From positions 7,758,232-7,822,231 of the forward strand of contig CM082589.2 in the NCBI GenBank assembly GCA_040954595.2: a stretch of 64,000 nt of DNA, in the 5' to 3' direction. Positions 1 through 12,137 of this stretch are shown here, one piece after another. The position numbers and the translations under genes are program-made. The notes beneath the pieces are model-generated. The model saw only the letters and a program-made list of their open reading frames with translations. It ran no database searches and was not told where the DNA came from. This stretch comes from Balanoglossus misakiensis (Eukaryota > Animalia > Hemichordata). The first letter of the stretch is position 1. Each line of letters begins with the position of its first letter.

Positions 1-21
1 CTTGAAAATCAAAAAAAATCT

Positions 22-52
<31 letters not shown>

Positions 53-116
53 ATATAAATATCTCTCTCTATATATATGTATAAATAACTCATTCAATGT
101 CCAATTTTCCCTATAG

Positions 117-874
117 TGATAGTAGGAAACAAGAAACCGGCGCATTATTATGAATACAAATTCATATCGAAGAAACACATCGACGACCTCGTTCAGGAGT
201 ATTCCCGTCGACAAACAATCAGCGAAGACGACAAAACATTGTTGCTATACGTCAAGGAACTAATTGAAAATGAAAAGAAGAAGAGATTTAAGAAGGTAAT
301 TTCTGGATTTCGACGGAATAATTCAGTATTTGCAATATCATTAATACACATTCAAGCTTATGTTTTGATTAATATGAACGAGAATTTTCGTTTCCACACA
401 CAGATAAAAGCTAAACAACTATCAAAAAATCTTCGCTCAATTTTATGTTTCGAGTAAATTATTACCATACTAAACTTTAGATAATCAGCTTGATTTCTAG
501 TTATTAAAGGTATGCTTGGGGTTTCCATATTGTGTCTGAATATATATGACTTACAAATTCTAAATTTTCTCTTTGCTTTACAGACAGGCGCATTCAAGAA
601 CATTCACGTGGCCGTTATTTGCAGTAAATTTGACGTCGTTTTGAAAGCTGGAGCTGGAGATAACAAGTATGAAGTAAAGATAGGACCGGACTGTGAACCC
701 AGGTATTCATGCCTGGCCTTAACAAAGTGGAACCGCACCAGGAAATATGCAAACCAAACAGGGGGTGCGATAGGTCAAATTCTTAAACATAAAACTGGTT
801 TGGAAAATAGGGCTGTGCCCAAAATCTCGCGCAGATTAAGATTGGAAATTGTAATTGTAGTTCACTCATACTAG
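117..874 (+). CDS. 3' exons of an unidentified gene entering from the left edge (putative exons 117-295, 584-874)
   Basis: AG at 115-116, a phase-0 donor AAG|GTAAT at 295/296 and an acceptor TTTACAG at 583 join in frame: ..IVGNKKPAHYYEYKF..KKRFKK|TGAFKNIHVAVICSKFDVV..HSY*. No family recognised. Confidence 0.4.
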
Positions 875-1760
875 TAGATAATGAACATTATATTCATCAC
901 AGGTGTGTTGTATACGTGGAGGCTTACGCCATTAGCCAGAAAATTGCCATGTTTCCGAAAAGTGTTGGTTTGCTATGGAGTTGCTGACGTTTTGGCTTGT
1001 CATAAGAGTAAATTTTCAAACAAACCTATGGCGCGTTATTATAGAAAGCCCAACAAGAAAAGGGGAGCGTGTTTTTTTTTTCGTCCCGCTCATTTGTCGC
1101 GTTTTGCGGTAGCTACAAGGATCGTACGTGCTGTTTGTGACCTTGTATTTTGTCAACAGTGCGACCCAGTGTCGGTGGTGAGATGTCCACATCGTAATCA
1201 ATGAAAATGCCAATAATTGTAACGAACACTTGAACAGTACTCTCGTAATTGTACGTCATTTCTCCCCTTACATCCCTATTCAACAAGGCTGAGAGCAGTG
1301 TCGCCTTATCATAACTTTGTTTGCATTTATTTCTATGTGGGTCGACGTCACTCAGTAACATTTTGCTACACCTGCAGAAATGTATATTTACTCTCTCTCT
1401 CTGCATTTCTTCTAATAGTATGTACATTGTATTATCGAACAGACTTTATCCCCAAGTCTCTACATACAATCAACAGCATGACATACCTTTAGTCTGAAGC
1501 TTATATCGTGAAAATGAATAGTCATAATGCTGTGTCATTTAACCGAACGGTAGAAAAAAATCTTACTTTTCAAGATCTTTTCAATGTTTTTCAACATCGC
1601 TTGTATAAATATGAGTTACACATGTTTAAGAGAAGCGATAAGATATTGTTGAAATTGTGGTTTAACGTGATGTTATAATTATACTTTAAAGCTCTTATGA
1701 GAACCGCTTGTATACAGCTGAATATGCCTCAAGTCTGTCTGTAAGTATGTAAATCTCAAA

Positions 1761-1781
1761 GAGAGAGGGGGGAGGGAGAGA

Positions 1782-1872
<91 letters not shown>
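1761..1872. repeat. (GA)n microsatellite
   Basis: Long GA run seen directly. A shorter (CT)n/(TA)n run lies at 21-80. Confidence 0.95.
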
Positions 1873-1875
<3 letters not shown>

Positions 1876-2142
1876 TACGGTAAGGTCTGTACATAAAAAG
1901 GTTTACCAACTATTTGGTATGCCAACTGTTTTGGCGTCTGGTTAATCACCTGTAAATCAAACAAAATTCCACAGGTATTTAACCATGAGGTTCCTCTTCA
2001 AGCCTTGTCGCTTCAAGCCTTGTCGCTTGTCGACGAGATTTTGTCATTTTTTGACAATTTTCATGAGCTATAACCCTTGAAAAACGTCCAAAAATGACAA
2101 AATTACCGACGTTCGCAAAGTCGTGAAATTGTCAGGAGTGTG

Positions 2143-2346
2143 GGTATCATAGTCCCGCTACATAAGAAGGGTAGTTTTCATGACCGAAATAACTTTCGAG
2201 GCATAACTCTTCTGGACTCGATTGGTAAATTTTTCACTTTTATCTTCAACCAGAGATTGACTAAATAGGCCGAGATGATCGGTTGCATTACTGAGTGTCA
2301 GACTGGTTTTAGGTGTGGTTATATCACCATTGATAACATCTTTATA
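2143..2346 (+). mobile_element. Non-LTR retrotransposon (LINE) reverse-transcriptase fragment
   Basis: Translates GIIVPLHKKGSFHDRNNFRGITLLDSIGKFFTFIFNQRLTK*AEMIGCITECQTGFRCGYITIDNIF, matching the LINE RT motifs P.hKKG..NYRgItLL..K and Q.GFR. One in-frame stop. Confidence 0.85.
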
Positions 2347-3340
2347 GCACCATTGATTACAGTTTCCCTATCCTATCGTCATGCTTTGCTCACGTAGGCC
2401 TACATCGTGGTTTTCCAGGTTTGCAATTATTAAAATGAACAGTCATTCCAGCCATGCCCCTGATAACTAAACCACACTAGGGTCCAGGGGTAGTCGGGCC
2501 GAAGATCGGAGTGCCTGTATGACACGGGGCAAACTGTTCATATTTATAATGTGGGGGTGAATTTATTGAGCGAAGCTCTTTATATCGGACTTCCGTGAAA
2601 CCACGAACTGGTACAGAACAGTACTGCGAAGCGTGCGACTCGCAGTTTTCCAAAACAACACTGAACTCGAAAATTCCAGAATGTCAACTCCCAAAATAGT
2701 CCATCGGACGCGGGAAACCCATGAGCACCGATTGGCTCAAACCGTAAGATTTTGCTACATTTGACGTCAGTTTCACCGGTAATGCATAAATTAAAGCTCA
2801 ACCAAATCCGGTTTTTACATCAAGCTCAAGCACTACAAACACGAAACAACATGTAAATCATCAAAGATATTTCCTTTTCCCAAACTTTACGATATATTTC
2901 GCCACTTCGTCGGTCATTGCTGCAAAAATCAAGCTGTTTTGTTTATTATCCTAAGAGTTTAGCTGTTCCTACATAAAAACACAAACTGCATTTATTAAAC
3001 CGCCAAAGAACCACATTTTAGTGAGTTCCCATGGCAGTTTGTGTGGCAAAAAAATCAAGTGAATATACCGTATTTGTTTTGATCACAGTCGCTTGGGAGT
3101 TGGGTCGTATACGCGGCGATCGGGGTTTTGATCGCGAAATTAGCAACAGAGCGATCAGCACGCCGCGGCATGCGAACTTCCATGCAACCATGTCAACAAA
3201 AGCCTGAGCAGCGCAGCTAACGGCCGAAATACTTACAAAAAAATGTATTCACGCGTGATCTCGTAGAGGAGCACGAGAACGGAAAACGAGTGTTGTTTCT
3301 GAGGTCGCCGTGTGGGTAGCTGTTCGCATCTTCGCCGAAA

Positions 3341-6300
3341 ATGCCTCCGAAAAAGAACAAGAAGGTCTATAATGGCTTCTACATGTACATGCAAGAGATG
3401 ATGCCACAGCTGAAGAGAAGAGGCTACCAATTTCCCGGTGGAATGGCCGATGTAGTCCCAGTTTGTCATCCGTTATGGCAGGTGAGCAGGTTCAACTTTT
3501 GATGTCGGATGTGCACAGTGTAAGGTCATGAGCGGTCAACGCCCTTTGCCAGGTGATATTGTGCAGTAGCGCTAACTGAACCGCAATGTGCGAAGCAAAC
3601 ACTGTACAGTGCACTGAAATACTCAATCATGACTTTCACTCCAAACTGATATCACAACACAGCATTTAAAATGAGTGAAAATACGGAACAGACTAGACCT
3701 AGCAGCCTACAATTTACAAAGTATACAAACTTTGACACTGTCAATTCTGCAGCAAAGACATTATGTGTTTCCACGATGACTTGTCATTCATGATTCATGT
3801 CTTCCAGTTTCATATTTGCTATACTTTTCATATTTTCTTGCGTAGCTGAAGGCAAATCGCAATGGGACAGGAATTTATTTTGAAATATCTTTGTCCAACA
3901 GGAATTATCAGAAGAAGAGAGACAGGCTTTTGAGTGTCGAGCAAAACAATTCAAAGAAAAGAAGAAAACTGAAGGTGCAGTGTTTGGGCGACGTGATTGT
4001 ACTGGTCAGCTGATTAGTGTAAGTAACAAAAGTCCAAATCAGTTTCACTTGCAACAATTCACGGTTCAGACACCACCGTAATGGCCTTGGATGTAAGCTG
4101 TTATAGTAGAAGTTTAGAAGCAGTGTATATAACATCAACATGCATCAATTGATCAATTGTAATGGCCACTGTTGGTTATATATATTGCTGTAATATCTGT
4201 GCTATTCCTCTGAAAGATCAGATTGAGTGGGATCACATGCCAAGGGGGGACCAGCACCCCTTAAAATGATGTCACTCACATGTTGGAGATATTACATTCC
4301 CCCTTGCCAAAGTGGATCCCCCCTCAAATATTCTGACAAGGGGGGGGGGGGGAGGTATATCCCCCCCTGTTGAAGCCATCTTGGATGAAACACTGCTTAT
4401 GCGGTTTATTACTCTATTAATAGGAGCGTGTGGATCCCTTGGTCGAAAATGAGGAACGAAGAAACGAGGAAAGACAGCGGGTGAAAAAGAACTGGCCCAA
4501 GGGTGAAGGTAAGTTGATGTGTGTTGCATATATTGTACAGAAATGTATGTTTTTACTTGCCATTGGCAGAGATTTGATGTGACCAGGCGGGACCACAGTC
4601 TAAGAATAGTATCATAAGCTGAAGTGAGGGTTTATATGCTTTCAAGTGTCATAGCCTCAAATCTGCCCAGCTTGGCAATGCACAGTAAACTGGGCAAGAT
4701 GATGTATCTGTTATCCCCATCAACATTGAGTTAAAGCGCGTAGCTCGTCTCACGCACATGCGCGTAACTTCCCAGCAAATTTTCCGTTCGATGCATTCAA
4801 ATAGTGGACTGCCTTCGCTTCCTTCCATTTTGTCCCTCCTTTTCACCCAAGCTTGTAGTGTCTTTTCCCGATCTCCGACACAGATTATGGTCGCCGCCAT
4901 CTTGTGTGAGCACTGCCTTTTATGGGATTGACTGTTCACTAAACGTCTGTAACCAGCGGCTACAGTTGGAACATGCGCGTGACACGAGCTACGCGCTTTA
5001 AAGTCAAGCGCATTTTAATGTATTTAGGATGTACGATCAGTAAAATTGAAGTACTCTGTCCAAAGAACCCAAAACACCAGACAAAACTGATGAAAATGTT
5101 TCCAAGTATATTATATTTCTTTACAGCTGTAGTTTTGGAAACATTCTTTATGGTGGATGTCCAATCCCTGTGTACAACAGAACTGAAGGAGACTGAAATG
5201 ATTCGTTATTTACCCTGCGAAATAGCTTGTGTGGAGTATAGTCTGAATGCTGGAATTCAGAGAGCTTGGCATAAGTTTATTGAACCGCCACCAATCCCCC
5301 TGGGATATAGATTCCAGTGTAAAAATGAAAGTAAGTCCACCTGGTCAAGTTTCCAGCTATTTTTTTTCTTGTTGTAGAACCTGTCTGTTATGAGGGAAGA
5401 TTCATTTACTTTTAATTGACACTATGATAGGTGCAAATCCAAGGCCTATCTCATGTCATTCACTATTAAAATGCCCATTTCAAATTTATGGTTTTCTCAC
5501 ATTTTTGAATCATATTGACTTGGACAGGACTCAGTGGGCAAGATCATTAGATTCAGCAGTTTTCTCTGCCTTGTTGATTAATTCTATCTTGTACTTTTTT
5601 GAAGAAGTATTTTACGCATGCATATACATGTAGCAGTATGTGCGCACATACACGCTCACAGAATAAACTGCACATGCTCACTGCATACATCCCTAACACA
5701 GACATCAATTAACAAAATGTCAATCTACTTTGTATACAGGTGAGAGTACACATCAGATTCCAATCCAGAATTTTGAACCAGCAGAGAGTGATTACGACAT
5801 GATATGGCAGAAACTGTTGAAGTTTGTCAATCCTCTGTCTAACAAAGAATACCCACCTTTATACTGTGCTGTAAGTATAATTTCAAGAGGAATGTATAAT
5901 ATTTTTTAGTTCACAATTTTCTCATGCTAAGCTGTCAATAACTAACTGATTAGATAGATGATTGGTTTCTAATCCTGCCCAGAGGACGAACAAACATCAC
6001 AGGCCACTTTATCCTAAAGCAAACATTAACCTAGAAAAAAGATTTCAATGGAAAACAAAAGTTTTGCAACGCATAGACATGTGAGGTCAACAAAAGCTAA
6101 TTGCCCCTTTAAACCTTTCAAGGCCAGTGGAATAAGAAAACTTCCAAATGATGTGATGTACAGTAGAGCTGTATGTACGGTACACCTGAGGGTCAGGATG
6201 AAAAGTCTTAAACAATTACCGCTGCAGTAGATACTAGTACTTGGGCAGTTTTCATGTCTGTCCCAGTTTGCCATGACGACAGAAATGTAACGATGACATC

Positions 6301-9300
6301 ACAATTAAACCTATCATGGCTGAATCATCTTTTTTTCATCAGATGGGCGACTGTGCAAAAGTGGATTGGTCTTTAGAATGGCTTGCACACAAAGCTGGTA
6401 AGTTTGTGGATTGGGCCTTACAATTCAATCAATCAATCAATCAATCAATCAAAAACATTTATATGGCGCCAATATCCAGAGAACTGTTCAGTGGCGCCTG
6501 ATGGTTGTTCACACACTGTAGGCTGTTTTATTAAATATATACGGTCACCTATAGAAATTTAGCTATAGTTACCATGGCAAATTGAGATCTAGCCAATCAC
6601 AGATTTTCAGTGGGTGGCACACGCGAAAAAAAAGAGCGCCACCATGTGTTCTTTAGAACGCTCAAATACTCAATTCAGCCATATATGGGCGTATGTAAAT
6701 TGGAGGTGACTGTATACCTTTAAAGGGCGGCGATCGTCCTATGCACATGTGCCAAACCAGAGACTCTGGTTACCAAAAAAGTATACAGTCATTGCAATGC
6801 CATGATGAATAAGTTGATAGGCAGTCCTAATAACAGACAAGATGGTGGCGACCATAGTCTGAGTTGGAGAATGTGTTAAAAAGTCGTTTTTTATGAGAAT
6901 TATCATTCATTTCTCTCAATTAATAGGTTTTCAAAATAAACTGAATAAGGTTTATGAGTTGGAAGGTCTTGTGTGTGACCTCTTTGAACATGGTGGAACT
7001 CCCAAACCATCCAAACACATGGCCAATGAACTCTTGACAACTTCAGTCTTTGACTATGAAAGTGATACAAGGTAAGGTGACAGGTGTTTTAGACCTGTAG
7101 TGGTTGTGGTACCTAGCTGTATATACCGTAATCACTCTATCAGTTCAACCACTCCATTAATTCAACCACCCACTTTTCTTTGGAAAATTAAATATTTTGT
7201 AACCTTCAATTGTTTGACCACTGATTAAATGCTTGTGTTGATATTGTGTATTTTTCATGAAGATATCTGCAACTTTGACCTTCTAAGGTATTCAGAACTC
7301 ACTGATTTTATTCTGGCTGACCTTAAACAGTTCAATTCTATCATAAATATCACCTAAACTACATGCTGATCGTGCATACAGTTTATGCCATGCAAACATG
7401 CCCCCTGAAAAATTATTCAAGCACTTTGAGTGGGGGGTTATTTTTATTCTATTAGTTTGTCTTTTCACAAATCATATTTATTTTTTTCTGGCCGAACTGA
7501 TGGAGTGATTACAGTACATAGCAGATATCATATGAAATTAAAAGCAACCAGCTTGTACTCTTGTACTTCACAAGTAACCAAGGCAATGTGACGATTTCAT
7601 GTGACTTTTTCCCTTTCATTCAGCATGTATTAAATATAACTACAGCATGAAATAAACAATCAGCCCAGTTCTAATAAACCAACGTCAAATCAATTGCAAC
7701 AGATCATTGAGCCAACTGTTTAACTATATTTAACGGTATCTTTCAGATGTCCCTACCATGAAGAGCTGGAAGTGACATATTGTTCACTTGGTATCTGCAA
7801 ACGATACTGGTAGGTTCTGGTAATTATAATTACTGTAAAACGAGACATTTTTGCAAACGATATATTTTCGCAAACTTCGCGGGAGCCAAAATAAATGCAA
7901 AAATAAATAGTTGTGTAAAAATGTTTTTCGGAGATATCAATGCAGTGAAATGCGAGAACACGGAAATTAAGCGTCGCGTAACGGTTGTCCTTTTGACATT
8001 GTGAAAATTTCTTGTCGCGAAGATTTCCCTATTTACAGTTTATCAACATGGCTGTTGAGAAATCACATTCCTTGCACGGTTGTACACCTTTTGAATCAGT
8101 TGCGTCTGTCTGTATGTATGTATGGATGTATGTCCGTCCACATCAGAAACTTGAAAACCGCTATTAGTGTCACCTTGATACTTTTTGTGATTCCAGTTTC
8201 TGCCTGAGTGATGCATTTGCCAACATCTACAACATCGATCTCACCAGTGCGCACTTGCCAGAAAAGCCAGATGGCTGTCCTTACAGAGTGGTTGAACCAC
8301 ATGAGTTGACACTGAACGTGAATCGAGCCCAGAATAGACAGGCCAGTGCCCGTCCACCACCACCAACTGAACCTCACAGAGCCAGTCCAAACACAACTAC
8401 AACAATTGTTAAACCGGGAAACGATTCAGCACGGCTCAGATATTTAGAGAGCGACTTTGGTCCCTTCAGTCAGGTCAGTTTCATGGAAAATATCTTTGTC
8501 ACGACTATTCGTCAGACATCTTTTTCATAAAGAGAACACCCATCCAAGACGACGTGAAAACGAGGCCAGTAGGTCACAGTGTAAAAGCCTGTAATTATAA
8601 TAGAACACTGCCATACATTGTTGCAAAGTTTAATCTGTCATGTTGCTTAAGTGAAAATTGCAACATTTCTGTGCATGAATTTTGCTTGTAAGCCTTGCTC
8701 AATACAATTTGCATATCTCTAGTGGTGAAAGTCAATGCTCACTGGTGTATGCGTCCGTCATTATCTTTGTGTAATTATAGTCAGAAATGCGTGAAATACG
8801 CAGGATTTTGCGTTAACGGAACCACTGGTACTTGTGTGGTCCACCAAGGGACTATGTTGAAAAGTTACTAGGATACAATCTTATTATGCAAGGGAATCAC
8901 TGTGTGGTTCAAAACTTGGCATCCAACCCTAGCATGTGCCCGAGGGATAGATTTTCAGAAAAATTATAACCCTTCAAACCTTTCAGTTCTTTGCTTTTCT
9001 ATTAGTGGTGAGAAATATTAAATCTGTCAATATGTCACAATTTAATTTTCTGTTTTCTTATTGAAACAGCCTGCTCCAAAACCACCACAGCCACCAGCTG
9101 GACGTGGCATAGCATTCCCAGATAGTGGAAGGCCATTGAGAAGACCATACTCTGTGGGTAGGTGTCTACGAAGCCATACTTTTCCCCCACAAATCAGTTT
9201 GCCATATCAGCATTTTCTTAATTATTCTAATGGGGAGATAATTGATAACCTTAACACTGCCAAGTCAGTTGAGCTTGGTTTGATTTCCACGTTGCCTAGA

Positions 9301-11393
9301 ATCCTGGCTCCCAGGCCTGTTAAACTGCCAAGTACATTTTGTACGTGTTTATCAGTAGGGCCTATACAAGACCCTCAGACCAATACAGTGCAAACCAATA
9401 TGATTTGGTACATTTTTCAGGGGGCCCAGACTGCCAAGTGTTTCTAAGTACGTATGAGAGCCTTGTCAAGACAGTCAAAATACATTTTAGAAGAAAAAGT
9501 GGCAAATACGTATTTTAACTTGACACTCTAAACAGGTATAACTCCCAGTAGCATTAGGGATAATGACGTACCGGTATTTTATGATGTGTTCATAATTCTC
9601 TGCAGGTGTTGTGGCTGGTCTAAGTGGAGTCAAGTTGCCGAGTGAGATGGGAGAAGAGGGTGTGGACACTGATTGGCCGACTCTTGGAGGTGAGTACAGA
9701 AGGGTTGATATTCAGATTTCAGTGTTACGCACTACGCACTGTGGATCAGGTCATAGGCATTGCTTCTATCCCAGGATACGTGTGTGTTATACATATGCTT
9801 GGTGTGTGTGTGTGTGTGGGGGGGGGGGGCTTCTCCTGGTTTCTTTTGCTGGGGGGGGGGAATTGGGGAGGGGGGCTTCTTCTGGTTTCTTTTTGCAGTC
9901 AGCAATATTTTACCATTTGAAACCTGTTTAAAAGAAAACTTCCAGATGATGATGTCATGGTCATCAGGAGCAAGCTTGAGTTAAAATTTGCTATGACAAA
10001 ATTTTTTAATATTAAATATTTTGACAGATTATTTCTACTCCCCAAAAGCCTGGTGAAATGTCTAATACTTTGTTTGTTTGCTCAATTCTTAATGTACTTA
10101 GCATTGATTGATTTGAAGTCTGGGCCTCAACAATAACAGTAGTGTTAACTCTATACACAGTTAAATTGTTGAATGGGTTAATTACAACTCTGTATGTGAA
10201 TTATAGAATGAATGTATCAAGCAACTTTGTCCATATGTACCCAGTAAAACCTTATCTGAATATTCATGGAGCATCTGTGTCACAGTGCTAAAAAAAAACC
10301 CCACTCTATATTGTACAGGTTTGGGGTTTTGCAAGAAAGATTCACTTTTTAACAAGCCGATCTCTGGCCTATCACATGTGCATAAATCAGTCTGTAGCTT
10401 TAAATGAATATGATGTAATTGTTTAAAGGGACAAAGTCTCTCTCTCGCTGCCCTTTTTTGCATTAATTATATTTGATAAGAGACAACGTTTGTTATTCTA
10501 CATGTGGATATATAGTGAATGAATGTTCAACCACACTCAACTTCCATCCCTCTTATAGACAGGAGAGTGAAAAAACTCGCCAAAAAGAATAATCGTTCTT
10601 TACCATTTATTCATTTTGGGCGAGTTTTTACTCTCATATCCTACAAACGAGATGGAAGTTGTGTGTGGTCGAATGTTGATTCACCATATATCCACATGTA
10701 GAATAACATAAACGGCGTCTTGTATCAAACATAATTAATGGGAAAAGGCCAGCGAGAGAGAGACTTTGTCCCTTTAACAGTGATTCCTTAAAAATGTCTT
10801 TTTCCAACCAGCATCTGCAGCAATGTCAAGGGAAAGCAGACATGATGGTGTGAAACCAGAAGCCCGATATGCTGGAGGGTCAGCCCCCCCGCCTGCTTCC
10901 TCTGCTCCCCCTATTCCAGTGGAATGGTCCAAAACCCCTTCACCTTCATTGAGAGATTTGGGGAGCAGTCTGACATCAGGAACTGTGCAAGGGAATGAGC
11001 CCCAACCTGAAAACCCAGGTTTGGAATATTTTGGAGGTTACCTAGGATTTGGAAGAGGCAGAGGAATGACAGTGGGTGGTTATTTGGATGTTGGACGAGG
11101 AGCTGGCTTCTCTGTAAGCAGTGAAGGTATGTGGAGTGCGAGTTTAGAGTCCTGTCACAGTTGTCTCTTAGAAAGCATGATGTCAATAATTGCAAGAAAG
11201 TATTGACTCATAGTAATAGCTGCATAATTCTCACCTCATTTCCTGAGTGGATTACTAGAAAAAATGCAAAACTTTTTACTGTCAAGTTGATGAAATGAAT
11301 GACAATGTCTGGTATCTAATGTGATTTCTCTTCTTTTCATTACAGCCTCCCAGTAAGAACCAGAACAGGACATCGTCCCATGCCAGTCAGTGA
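3341..11393 (+). CDS. MAEL: Protein maelstrom homolog (HMG box + MAEL domain; piRNA pathway)
   Basis: Exons 3341-3481, 3902-4018, 4424-4508, 5127-5330, 5740-5870, 6343-6397, 6927-7071, 7747-7809, 8197-8473, 9070-9157, 9606-9689, 10812-11113 (or -11126), 11346-11393, all GT-AG and in phase. N-terminal MPPKKNKKVYNGFYMYMQEMMPQLKRRG..LWQELSEEERQAF is a MAEL-type HMG box. YLPCEIACVEYSL..HKFI.P..IPLGYRF..STHQIP and RCPYHEE..YCSL are MAEL-domain motifs including the ECHC zinc ligands. Candidate polyA signal at about 13619. Confidence 0.93.
4735..4997. mobile_element. Kolobok-like MITE in a MAEL intron
   Basis: TTAA-AGCGCGTAGCTCGT...ACGAGCTACGCGCT-TTAA: terminal inverted repeats with TTAA flanks. 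A related internal segment occurs inverted at about 6830-6875. Confidence 0.75.
6535..6719 (+). mobile_element. MITE family B (about 190 bp, Kolobok-like), MAEL intron copy
   Basis: Near-identical to copies at 27695-27840, 36250-36434, 37653-37839, 38173-38352, 50540-50685 and 57600-57795. Ends GTGACTGTATACCT-TTAA. Confidence 0.85.
7831..8039. mobile_element. MITE family C (Tc1/mariner-like, TACTGTAAA..TTTACAGT termini)
   Basis: Terminal inverted repeats and a TTCGCGA-rich interior. Related copies at 34915-35134, 54696-54909 and 55616-55832. Confidence 0.75.
10427..10773. mobile_element. MITE family A (palindromic, about 350 bp, TTAA-flanked, Kolobok-like)
   Basis: TTAA-AGGGACAAAGTCTCTCTCTCGCTG...CAGCGAGAGAGAGACTTTGTCCCT-TTAA. 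The whole element is an imperfect inverted repeat. Confidence 0.9.
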
Positions 11394-11966
11394 CTGGATT
11401 ATTTACTAGTGAAGAACAAGTATCATGATTTTGCAAAGTTCAAGTGCAACTAGCAAATGAGTTGATGTTGTTTGTATTTTGTTTCATATTTATTGTTTCA
11501 TTGCATATCAGTATTATGCATCATGGTCCTCCCTTATCATCATTTGTTTTGTAAGTTAAGTAAATCATCTAGTTGACATGTTTGCTTTTATCTTTCTTGA
11601 CCGGGCATGATAATCCAAATCATTTGAAAATACATGTGGTACACAAGCCTACTTGAATTCAGTTACTGAAGATTGACTTTTTGTCAGAGGTAGTTTTGTT
11701 AACCCAGCTAGGGTGTATGTAACATAGTTGTTCAAGATATTCCTATGGTAACAGCAGAATATTCCTGATAGCAGTTAAGATTATATGACCTCTTGCATGA
11801 GTACCACTAGTGAAACTACAGTAGAGATCAGTGCTAGTGAAAAACGGATCAAAATACTGACATTGTATCATCACCTTATGGCTGGCCGATGTCCGAATTT
11901 TGAGCAAATCTTTGACACCTGTTTATTGTAGTCTCAACATGATGTAAGCACAAGTATAGTTTGACA

Positions 11967-12137
11967 TAGTCTCTCTCACAGCCTCTCTCGCCGTCCATGC
12001 AGGCTTATGGTCTGATAGCATGTGTGCCCGGCGAGAGGTTCGCTACACAACACCATATAGGGCTTCTCCTTTGCTGAATGGTTGAGGGCGCGTCAGTGAA
12101 GAGCCTTGTAGCGATCCGTGGGCTGTGAGAGAGTCTA
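11967..12137. mobile_element. MITE family D (TAG..CTA termini, 9-bp TSD, MULE-like) in the putative MAEL 3'UTR
   Basis: TIR TAGTCTCTCTCACAGCC / GGCTGTGAGAGAGTCTA, flanked by the direct repeat AGTTTGACA. Confidence 0.85.

Noticed and set aside
1679-1964. SLSL-repeat ORFs
   Set aside because: They arise from the (GA)n microsatellite.
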